From the NCBI RefSeq assembly GCF_009914755.1, contig NC_060925.1: a DNA stretch of 64,000 bases; one strand, written 5' to 3'. The DNA is from the human T2T-CHM13v2.0 reference genome, Homo sapiens. Below the pieces are notes generated by a model that worked only from the letters and a program-made list of their open reading frames with translations, had not been told where the DNA came from and searched no databases. Numbering within the stretch: the stretch's first letter is position 1; each line of letters starts with the position of its first letter. Of this stretch, positions 1 through 14,154 are shown one piece after another. The translations under genes were made by a program, and so were the position numbers.

Positions 1-1737
<1,737 letters not shown>

Positions 1738-1799
1738 TCTCACTCGTATTTGTATCTCCAGTACTTAACATAGTGTCTGTCTGTGCTATTTTAAAAATT

Positions 1800-2979
1800 T
1801 ATATTTATTTTTATTTTTTAAGTTGACTTCGTAATTGTACATATTCATGGGATACATACTGATGTTTTTTTAAAATGTACATGTAATGCTTTTATTTAAA
1901 AAAATCTTTTATTTTAGGTTCAGGGGTACATGTGCAGGTTTGTTGTAGAGGTAAATTTGTGTCATAGGGGTATGTTGTACAGAATATTTAGTCACCCAGG
2001 TACTAAGCCTAGTACCCAATAGTTATTTTTTCTGTTCCTCTCCCTCTGCCAGCCTCCATCCCCAAGTTGGCCCAAGTGTTTGTTGTTCCCCTCTTTGTGT
2101 CCATGTGTTCTCATCGTTTAGTTCCAGCTTATAAGTGAGAATATGCAGTATTTGGTTTTCTGTTCCTGCAATAGTTTGCTAAGGATTATGGCCTCCAGCT
2201 CCATCCATGTTCCTGCAGAGGACATGATCTTATTCTTTTCAATGACTGCATAGTATTCCATGGTATATATGTACCACATTTTAAATATCCATTCTACCAT
2301 TGATGGGTATTTAGGTTGATTCCGTGTCTTTGCTATTGTGAATAGTGCTGCAGTGAATGCACATGTGCATGTGTCTTTATGACAGAATGATTTATATTCC
2401 TTTAGGTATATACTCAGTAATACGATTGCTGGGTTGAATGGTATTTCTGTTTTTAGGTCTTTGAGGAATCACCACACTGCTTTCCACAATGGTTGAACTA
2501 ATTTACACTGCCACTAACAGTGTATAAGTGTTCCCTTTTCTCTGCAGCCTCACCAGCATCTGTTATATTTTTTGACTTTTTAATAAAAACCACTCTGACT
2601 GGTGTGAGATGGTGTCTCATTGTGGTTTTGATTTACATTTCTCTAATGATCAGTGATACTGAGCTTTTTTTCTTATGCTTGTTGACTGCATGTATGTCGT
2701 CTTTTGAAAGGTGTCTGCTCATGTCCTTTGCCCACATAATGAGGTTTTGCTACATGTGATATATAGTGATCAGAACGGATCCAGGCAATCAGCATATCAA
2801 TCATCTGACACATTTATAATTTCTTTATGTTGGGGACATTCAATATCCTCCTTCTAGCTATTTGAAACCATATATTACTGTTAACTGTAGTCATCCTACA
2901 GTGGTATGGAACACTAGAACTTACCCTATCTATTAATAGCTATAATTTTATATCCTTTAACAAATATCTCCTTATCCCC
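1800..2979 (-). mobile_element. L1MA-type 3' end (about 1800-1890 and 2737-2979) interrupted by a younger L1PA-type 3' fragment (about 1900-2736)
   Basis: 1900-2736 matches the L1PA 3'UTR/ORF2 C-terminus (MWYIYTMEYY...GTWMELEAIILSK); flanks resemble an L1MA 3'UTR. Confidence 0.8.
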
Positions 2980-3679
2980 TGTATTAGTCCTTTTTCACAC
3001 TGTTGATAAAGACATATCTGAGACTGGGCAATTTACAAAAGAAAGAGGCTTAATGGACTTACAGTTTCACATGACTGGGGAGGCCTCACAATCATGGCAG
3101 AAGGTGAAAGGCACGTCTCACATGGCGGCAGATAAGAGAAGAGAACTTGTGCAGGGAAACTCTCCTTTTTAAGAACATCAGATCTCATGAGATTCATTCA
3201 CTATCACAAACATAGCACGGGAAAGACCTGCCCTCATGATTCAGACACCTCCCATCGGGTCCCTCCCATAACATGTGGGAATTCAAGATGAGATTTGGGT
3301 GGGGACACAGCCAAACCATATCATTCCACTCCTGGTCCCTCCCAAATTTCATGTCCTCCCATTTCAAAACCAATCATGCCTTCCCAACAGTCCCTCAGAG
3401 TCTTAACTCATTTCAGCATTAACTCGAAAGTCCATAGTCCAAAGTCTCATCTGAGACAAGGCAAGTCCCTTCCACCTATGAGCCTATAAAGTCAATAGCA
3501 AGTTAGTTACTTCCTAGATACAATGGGGGTACAGGCATTGGGTAAGTACAGCCATTCCAAGTGGAATAAATTTGCCAAAACAAAGGGGCTACAGGCCCCA
3601 TGCAAGTTCAAAATACGGCAGAGCTGTCAAATCTTAAAGCTCCAAAGTGATCTCCTTTGATTCCATATCTCACATCCAG
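2980..3679 (-). mobile_element. THE1 (ERVL-MaLR) LTR (2980-3323) plus adjoining internal fragment (3324-3679)
   Basis: tgtattagtcc...gggacacagccaaaccatatca is the reverse complement of a THE1 LTR; it is followed by THE1-int-like sequence (cccaaatttcatgtcc, ctgagacaaggcaagtccc). Confidence 0.88.
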
Positions 3680-3989
3680 TCCTGCCCTTGACTCCTGTCA
3701 CCAAGGTTGCAGTTGCAAGGCTTTCAATTTGAAATCAACTGCTTGTTAAAACATAGGAATGGACCCATCCTGTTCAAAGAATGTAGGAATATGTGATAAC
3801 TCTCCTAATAGTTATCAGTTCCTAATAGGAACTGGAGAATCCTTGAATCTCATCAGTTTGAATGTGGTAAAGTATTTATATTCCCTTCAAAAATGTCTGA
3901 AATTTTGAGAAATTCATCAGTACTTGCAAGTGAGTTGGAGTTTTAGCAGCAAGCTATGTATTTTATCCAGAGTCAAATTTTAAGTTTTT

Positions 3990-4215
3990 AGCCTGGGACC
4001 TGGGAAACATAGTGAAACCTTGTCTGTATAAAAAATAAAAAAGAATTAACCAGGTGTGGTGGTGCATATCTGTAGTCTCAGCTACTTGGGAGGCTGAGGC
4101 AAGAGGATTGCTTGATCCCAAAACTTTGAGGCTGCAATGAGCTGTGATTGTGCTACTGCACTCCAGCCTGGGTGACTGAGTAAGACTCTGGCTAAAAAAA
4201 AAAAAGAAAAAAAAA
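3990..4215 (+). mobile_element. AluJ, 5'-truncated
   Basis: End of left arm, right arm and A tail. Confidence 0.85.
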
Positions 4216-4307
4216 TTTTTATTTTAGTTTTTTTTCCCCAAGAAACATATCTTTGAAATGTAATGAAAATAGTGACAAAATGGGGATAACATTTTAAAAG
4301 TTTCTAA

Positions 4308-4599
<292 letters not shown>

Positions 4600-5664
4600 A
4601 GATATATAAATTTTTAACAAAACCCAAAAACATTTGGAATATCCTGGCATTGGGCTGTGTTTAAAAAGTATATTAGACTTTACACATGTGTACTGATGAA
4701 AATATTTTACTTCTGAATTAATAGAGGAAATTAAAGTTGTTAAGATCCTTTTATTACAATTAAAATTTGGGGGATTTAACCACGATGGTGATCACCGAAT
4801 TCTCGCTATTAATTCAATTTAAAAAATTTTTATCTCTCTCCTGCTCCTTTTTATTAAGGAACATTGGTTGATCTAGACCTCAGGTTAAGTACAAGAACTT
4901 CAGGATGAGATTGGAGGTCTCTGACTTTTACCGTGTTACTCTAGCAATGCGGAGAATAATTTCTCCTCTGAAGAACTGCTCTGGTAGAGCTGTATAGTGA
5001 TTTTTTTTTGTTCAGTTATAGGAACCGATACATCTTAGAGAAGATCTCTCCCTGACCTACCTAACCAGCCCACCCTTCTCCACTCCCCATCCTCACCATA
5101 CTGGTAAACCTGGATAAATTAACTTGTCACAGGAGGCAGAACTGACAGGCCCAAGAGCCTCCTATATTATTGGCATTCCAGTCCTTTGCCTCTACCTTCG
5201 CAGCCCTCAGCTTACTTCGACACCCATAGTGCAAGGGAACACTGTTGTGTGAATAACCGCTTACCTCTTTTCTCCTCTATCACTCTTTCTTGTTGTCTCT
5301 GTGTACCTTTCCCTCTCCATTTTTGTTTTTGTTTTTCCTACTGGTTCCATCTCTTTCTCCTTCCTGTGTTCTGATCACTTCTCTCCTATTGCTTTAAAAA
5401 GTTTTTTTTCTTCAGACAAGAATGAAAGGAATCTCCTATTGGTTTGTTTTTCCTTCCTTTTCCTCCTTTCTTAGTTGGCTGTCGGAGTTTTTTGGGTGTG
5501 TGTAACAGAAATTGACTCTGACTTACTGAAGCCCAAAACTTAGTAATGAATTTCCTGGAAGTTTAGTCAAAAGAGGGTAGTAGAGGGCTGCTGTGGCCTT
5601 CCCTTCTAATAAAAACTCTTTCTTCATTTTAATGGGAAATAGTATTTTCCTCTCTCCTTTTGTG

Positions 5665-6150
5665 TGATTCATTTGTTCATTCTTTCATTGAACAAACAGT
5701 CATTGAGCACCTGGGCCAGACACCCCTTCTGAGCTCTAAGGATATGGTAATGGACAAGAGAGAGAAAATCCCTGTCCTGACAGAGCTTAGATTTTGCTGG
5801 GAGAAACAAACAAATAAGAGGTCAGTGATAATGGCAAGTTGGTGATGTGCTGGTGACTGGCTGGCTACTTCAGATTGGAAGTTCAGAGATGCCCTCTTTG
5901 GGGTGGTGATGCTGATAAAGAGGAAGAACATTCTAGGCAGAGAACAACACATACAAAGGCTTTAGAGTGGGAATGAACTAGGAAAGGCTGAGGAACCAAG
6001 ACAAAGCTGCTGTGGCTAAAAAGGCTATAATGCAGGCGATGAGGCCAAAGTCTCTGCTAGGGCTTGTATGTGAGAGCAAGTTCGAATTTTATTCTTCGTG
6101 ACCTGTGGGTCTCTTAGGGAGCTGAAATGACCTGACGTACACTTAAAAAC
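5665..6150 (-). mobile_element. L2 3' fragment
   Basis: ttcatttgttcattc...attgagcacc, reverse complement of the L2 3' end. Confidence 0.65.
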
Positions 6151-6673
6151 ACTTTAAAAACTCACCTTTTAGAATGTCACTTGAAGCTCTCCATGGTACA
6201 GTTATCTGTATCGTTCCGATTTCTCTTATGCTACTCTGCCATAATGCTCTGATTACTTAACCTTTAAAGGTTTTTGTGAGGAGTACTTAAAGTGGGGGAT
6301 CTCCTGGGATTAGATCTGAAATGATATACAAGGGATATGCCATGAGGTCAGGAACATACTTGCTTTGTTCTTGGTATTATCCATGGTGCTTGGTACTGGT
6401 AAGTCTTTGCTGAATGAAGAAATGAATTACCTGGTGTGTAGAACTGTGGAAAGCTCTCTGTTTTTCTCCTTTTCCTTCCTCCTTCTTCATTTTCCTTACT
6501 ACCAGGAAACCTGCCATTCAAGTCTTGTTGCTCATAGGAAGATGGGGGTGAGAAATTGCTGGCCAGGGTGAAGGGGGGCTGTTTTCTGGAAGTAGTGAGG
6601 TCTGCCTACAGTAGTGAGCCAGAATAGGAGGGAAGTTCCCAGTTACTGCAGGGAAGGTGGGTGAACTTCCTGT

Positions 6674-6676
<3 letters not shown>

Positions 6677-6704
<28 letters not shown>

Positions 6705-6765
6705 TTTATATATATATATTTTATATATATATATTTTATATATATATATTTTATATATATATATA
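6677..6765. repeat. (TA)n array punctuated by TTTT (about 15-bp units)
   Basis: Directly visible. Confidence 0.95.
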
Positions 6766-6895
6766 GTATGTATGCAATGGATCTGTTGATTGGGTTTAAG
6801 TTACTTTTATTTAAGCTGTAATTGTTTCAGTTCTGCTGTTTGTGGAAGTTAGTAAGCTAAAGTATGTAGGGAACATGTTTACTTAAAAAAATCTA

Positions 6896-7315
<420 letters not shown>

Positions 7316-8164
7316 TTACTATGATTCTAGACCTGAGATTTAGTTCACATGCTTTGTGGCTTTTGTGTTAGAAGTTTGGATAACATCTCACCTGTAAACT
7401 TCCTGAAATTTGAAAAAGAATAAAATGACTATATATGAAAAGGCTTCTTAAAATTTTAATTTTAAAAACAATTCTATGTACAGTTCCTTAAGTATATACT
7501 CTAGTTACTAAAATAAATACATTGGGTTGCTGGTCTACCACCTTCTCTCTTCGAGGAGATCACAGACTGCCTAAAGTTGCCATAAGTACATGGGAAGCAA
7601 CCCCCACAAGTTTGGTTCCATCCCTGGCAAGTTTGGTAGGCTTCCTCCTGTTATTCCCAGAAAGTTTATGATCTTTCTTGTTCACTTTTCTCCTCAATTA
7701 CTTTCCTTCCAGTGACAGCAAGAAAATTTCCTCTCATATTTGCCCTGCTTTCCACTGCCTCAGATTTGAAATCAGCTGTAATCACAATGCCAAATACTGA
7801 GGAAAGTTATGCATTTTGAAGCAGAATTGTATATAATTAAGTACCAATCAAAACATTAGAAATAATTCAGGGTTCACTTTAAAGCCATTATAGATGTATT
7901 CCTTGATTTCTTCAAGTTTTTCTAATTTAGCTTTCCCTCAAGTATTAGCATTGAGGGAAGATAATTAACTTAAGAAACTAACACACTTACTTAATTATTT
8001 TAGTTTTAATTTTGAAAATAGTGTCTTCTACTACATTTTATTTTAGATATATGATTTTAATGATAATAGTGAATATATTATCATGTTTGGACTAGCTTAG
8101 GAAACTTAAAATCCTAAGATTTTGTCTTTGGGAAAATATTTCCAGAAGTCAAAATATTATCCTT

Positions 8165-8320
8165 GGCAAGGCACAATGGCTCATGCCTGTAATCCCAACA
8201 CTTTGGAAGGCCAAGGCGGTAGGATTGCCTGAGCCCAGGAGTTCGAGACCAGCGTGGGCAACATAGTAGACCCCATCTCTACTTTAAACAACAACAACAG
8301 AAAACAAAACAAAACAAAAA
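8165..8320 (+). mobile_element. FLAM / Alu left monomer
   Basis: Single monomer with CAA/AAAAC tail; atattatc on both flanks. Confidence 0.85.
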
Positions 8321-10714
8321 ACCGCATATTATCTTTTATAGATAAATGTTTGGAGTATAATGTATTTGCAATTTAAAGACTTTCTATAATTGCTAACAGG
8401 TGTTAAGAGGATTTAAACATCCAGTCCTGGTCTGTTACAGTGGATCTGCATCACCATCTTCATTACAAAGTTATGGTTCCTTGCCTTGTAAACTTGATCC
8501 AATTCAGTCCTGGGTTTAAATAACATACTTTTTTTTCATTTTCTTTCTTCATTTGGAAAGTTTTATGAAATGAAGCTCATGATATACCCAGAAGTAAGCA
8601 GTGAAACTCAGCACCAGGAGTTTTTAACATGAAACCATTCAGTTTGGGAGTATGTATTATTCAAGTGATATTCTGGAGTGAGTCTGTTTTTGCGTTTTAT
8701 ATAAGGACTACCTTTTGATGATGAATGATAAATGTTCTACAGGGTTATATTTTGCTGCATGTTGTAACATAACAGTATTTTGCTCAGCTTGCGTAAGACT
8801 AAGGGACTGAGGTTATTTTGGGGCGACACATTTTCTCCTTTCCCCCATTAACGTGTCCTTTTAGGTTTCTGTGTGTTAAGAACATTGGCTTGGTGTTTCC
8901 TTTGTTTGCTTTATAAGGGGTTGGACTAGTTTACTGTCACACAACCAGCTCAGTGAGGTCTATGCTGGTACATGAACTCACCTCAGGCAGAAGAGAAGCA
9001 TTGTGTCACTGAGACAATGCTAGCAAGAGATGTGCATTTGTGCTGGCTGTAGCTGTCAGTTCTGGAAGGATATCTTTTTAGGCTGATTATGAAAATTCTG
9101 GTTGTAATCAAATTAGATGGGAAGACACACATGGCTAATATTGTCTGCCATTCTCCCTAAATTGCCCATCAAAAAGCTCCCACTGGTTTCACTCTAATTA
9201 TACCCATGAGAGGGGTGAGAGAGTATTTCTATTCTAAACGAATTGTCAAATAAATAAAGTCTGCTGTTTGTTGACTGTATGTTAAATCCCAGCTTCAAAT
9301 TAAACTGTAAAGAGATGTCACATGAGGGTATTTCAGAGCAAACAGCACCTCAAACAAAAAACATACTCATTTCTAGACCTCATTCTCATGAGGATTCAAA
9401 TACTGAAAATTGTTAAGTATTTTTAGGGTAGAAATAAGTGATGTCTATAGAGACCTGATGTCAGGTTCTGCTTAACTTCTATGATTAGCCTTGCCTCCAT
9501 ATTTGTTAAGCAGGTATATTGTCTTATGCTTTGCTGACTTCATAATCTGTGATTTATAATGGACTCAAAACTTGAAGAACAGGAAGAATGACTTTATTTT
9601 ACAACATGTTCAACCAAAGACTGTAGGAAACAAAAGACATTCATTCTTACTCTGTTTTAATTAGACTATTTAGCATGATAGATTTAAAATAGACTGAATA
9701 TAATACAAGTTTTAAATACAGTTGTGTTTCTGATTTGTAATCAGACTGACTTTCCTAATTCATATGTGATTAACATTGAATATTTCTATTTCCACAAGCA
9801 ATTAGAACAAAGTGGAATTGTTTATGCATTTGAGAAATGTATAACTTTTTCCTATTTTTAAAAAATTATAAAGTTGAATGTAGATATTGTTTTCTGAGTC
9901 ACTGGATATAATGGGAGGAAATGATTAAGAAAATAATGTTGCTAAAAATAACAAAATTAAACAATTTGTTTGTGTTTGTGTATCACAATTAATGCTGTCT
10001 TTAGGAAAAAACAGTTTATAAATTAAGTGCCCTGACATTTAAGAAGTCTGAGAACCAAGTTTTGGGAGCCAAGGAAGAGACTTTAAAAGTTTTATGTTTC
10101 AGCTTTTTGCAGAGTTTTTTGCCTTGCAGTGCATTTTTATGATGGACTTCTGTTTCTATGCTGGACTTCTTTTCATGGACTTGTGTGGTTCATTCTTTGC
10201 AGGTAACTGGTGAGTGCTTTCCTTTCCTAAAAACAAATCCAACTTGGGAATCTAATTCTTTTGTTCATGAGACATTCAAATAGAAAAAATGAATACAGTG
10301 CTAGTAACAGTAACTCGCTTCTTATTTCATGTACTTTGTTGCAGAAAGACATGGCCCACCTCAGGGATCTTCTGATATTTTGATAATGGGTTTGGTAAAG
10401 CAGGGACCAGTGGCATTTATTTTATGGATGTTGATACTAAGGCATCAGGAGACTAGGGAGGCTGTTTAAAGAGGCAGAACTGAGAGTAGGATCAACATCT
10501 GTACTCTATAATCAGAGGGTTGAACTAAATCATGGTCTTATTAGGGACATTTACAACCTCATATTCTGATGTTTGTATACATAGACGGGCTTTAGGGTGA
10601 AGGTGTGAGAAATAATAACAGTGTGGGTCCAGATTCACCCAGAGACAGATGGTGGAAAGGAAAAAAAACATTTTGGGACCAAAGTTTATCTCCTTTTTGT
10701 TGTCCCTTGCTGTA

Positions 10715-11200
10715 GAAGAGCTATGTGCTAGATATAATTTTGAGCACTTTACATACATTATTAATTCATTTATTCTTCCCGACAAACAACCTTATGTGAT
10801 AGTTACAATTATTATCCTCAGTTTATACCTAAGGCAATGGAAGCATAGAGGGTTAGTTTCATGCCACTAATGGGGAAAGAACCTGTGTCTATGTCATGCT
10901 TCCCCTCGTATAAAACGCCCACTATTTGTGCAATCGTCCATCATTTTTTGAGTGTGTGCTACATGCCAGGCATAGTGTTGAGTCCTGCAGATAAAAAAGA
11001 GATGGAAACCTTGCTGTCATTAGTCTTACAGCCTACTTGGGGAGACAGGCTCAATCAAATAACCACAGAAACAAACTGGTATACGAATTTGAAGGAGAAG
11101 GCAGAGAGCTTTGAGAACATAAGGCAGGGGCCTGATCTTATTGGGTTGCCAAAAAGACTGTCTCACTTTAGAGCTGTGATCCCAAGGAAACGGAGGAGGT
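10715..11200 (-). mobile_element. MIR (about 10715-10870) followed by L2 fragment (about 10930-11200)
   Basis: gcactttacatacatta...tatcctcagtttatac (MIR); tgctacatgccaggcatagtg (L2 end). Confidence 0.55.
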
Positions 11201-12009
11201 GGCATCTAAACACTGCGATGATGCAAGGTAGGCTCAGGTTGAGTCTGGTCACTTCATAGGCCATTCCCAGCCCCCTTTAGAGTCCTTGAAGTCAGTGTCT
11301 TTAAGCTCCATAATGGAGATTTCAGACTATCTCTGTGCCCTCGTATATGTGCAGGTTCCTGTGCAAATTGTAAGCGTTAAGTAAATATATATGCTGATTG
11401 AATTACAGTCATCTGTGGTGATTTGTGCTCTGTTCCACCTCCTGCTGGCTGCGTTGTATCCCATGTTGGAAGTGGCTGAGTGTGGCTTCAGAATAGACAC
11501 AGAGGAAGTGGGAGAGTGAATATTTGGATGAGGGAGTATGCCTTGACTAAATACTTTCTATAAGCAAATACAAATCATATGACCTAGAGCTTTTATTTTT
11601 TAAAATCAGTCTGTTGCTTTCTCTTGAAGCACATCATTGGTGAATTGACTCTATTTGGCTTGATGCTTTCATACAACTGGGCTGAGAAAGTTCATTTTAC
11701 CCCTCTTTTGGGCATTCCCACTATAGTTGTAGTGATATAGTCTTTTAAAATCTCATTCACCAATTATTAATTAAGCTGAATTAACCCTTTTGGGTAGATG
11801 CATTCTTATCCTTATATGTTTAAAGTAGCTGTTCATTAAACATAGGTTTTTTGCTGAGCATCTATCTGACAGGAGGCATCTGAAGGTTTATAAAGGTATG
11901 GGAAGCTTGGTTACTTGAGCTCCAGAAGCTTTCCACTTTAGTCTAAAGGAAACTAATTACAAAAGAGCTGTGAGGGGCCCATCAGGATGTGCTTATGAGT
12001 TTCTATGAG

Positions 12010-12180
12010 GGAGCCAGACTGACTGTGTGACCTTGAGCAACTAATTCTCAGTGCTTTTCCTGTAAAATGAAAATGGGAATAATAATGGAACCTAACTCGG
12101 GGTGATGTGAGGATTAATGAACCAAGTTATGTACAATGCCTAGAAGAGTGCCTGGCACATGGTATATACTGTTAACTTTT
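12010..12180 (+). mobile_element. MIR
   Basis: ctgtgtgaccttgagcaa...ctgtaaaatg...gtgaggattaa...gtgcctggcaca. Confidence 0.7.
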
Positions 12181-12883
12181 TGTTTTTATTGTTGTCATTA
12201 TTGTGATCATTATCACCTATAGTTGAGTGTCATATTCTGGAGTCTAAAGGGTAAGGGAAAAGGTTCTGAGTTGGAGAAGAAAGGCATCATGGGACATAGT
12301 ATTTGAGTTTAGGTCTAATGAAATATAGGTCTAATAGGTAGAAATGGTGAGGAAAGTATTCCAGAAAAACAACAACAACCTCAAATACCAGAGATATCAG
12401 GTATGTTTAGGGAAGGGTGAGGAGTCCAGGCTAGCGGGTAGGGTTCATTTGAGGAAAAATGACAAATTTACCTGAAAAGGCAGGCTGGGACGATATCTTG
12501 GTGAAGGGTTGGCAGTCTGGACTGGGCTTTTTGAGCAGGGTTGAGACTTTCCGAGCCCTGCTCTGGAACTACTGGAGTAGGCAGGAGGTGGAGGCAGAGA
12601 GAAATGGTGTTAGTCCTAGAGTACGGTGATAAGGGTTTGGATAAGGGTTTGAAATAACGTGATGATGATTGTCATGGAAGAAAGGTCCAGGTAGTTCACT
12701 GCGGAACTAATGAAATTTAAGACTCAGGGCCTTTTCTTGCTTAGTTCCGTCTCTCAAGCTGTTGAAGGGAAAATTTTTTGTAAAATATGAAAAGATGTTT
12801 GTATCCTCCGTCTTTGCTCCCCAAATGATGTGTTTCAGGCTCCCAAACCTGGATCTACCCCATAATTGAAAGAGACTGTGGAT

Positions 12884-13184
<301 letters not shown>

Positions 13185-13978
13185 GAGAGAGACTGACTGT
13201 GACTGTGAAGAGATAATCAGTCTGGGTATTGACTTGATGTGGCTATCACGTGATGGAGAGGCCAAGGTCAAAGATGACTTTTGAGATTCTGGGTCTGGCT
13301 GACTGGGAGGAACCCCTCATGAGAAAGGGGGATGTTGGGAGCAGCCAGTTAGGGTGCGGTAGTTTCAAGCCAAGTGAGTGCTCTGCACTGGTTAGCTTCA
13401 CCAGTAAAAGAAACATTTTCTTCTTATATCTGCCCACCCCCATCCTCAATTGCAGTTTTGCAAGCATGATAATTGTAAGTTACACAGTGCTAAGGAAAGG
13501 ACTCAGCATTTCTGCTGATTAATGGGCTTCAGCCCAAAGCACACATCATAGTGATGTCTTTGTAATGTCCACAGTTAGTATTCTGTGTATTCTAAACCTA
13601 GTTGTCTGAAACTTGTAAATGGAGTCTCTCCTTTTTTGGCATAAGTCTTCCACATTTGGTAAATCATAGTGCTTTAAGACTATTTTAAAGTTGTAACATC
13701 AGTTTTCTGGAAATTGTATTTTGAAGGAATTTAATTGACTAAGACATGGTTGAAATGTTAATTTCAAAGCTATCGTGCCAATGTTCCAGTGGCAGCACCT
13801 ACCTGGGAAAGGCTATTGTCAGCATTTGTTTCCTCTTTTTCACGCAAGTAAAATATTAAACAAATAAAATTGAAGAATACTCTTTCAGATGGCCAAATTG
13901 AATCCTCAAGAGTATTTTCACTTTCCAAGTCACAAAATATAAATATAATTAATGTAGGGGCACAGATTTCACTTTTAA

Positions 13979-14005
13979 ATATATATATATATACATATAT
14001 ATATA

Positions 14006-14094
<89 letters not shown>

Positions 14095-14154
14095 TGTATG
14101 TGTGTGTGTGTTATGCTTTGCTGAAAAGGTTTTTTTTTTTTTTTTTTTTTTTTT
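13979..14154. repeat. Compound microsatellite (TA)n-(CA)n-(TA)n-(TG)n followed by poly(T)
   Basis: Directly visible. Confidence 0.96.
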
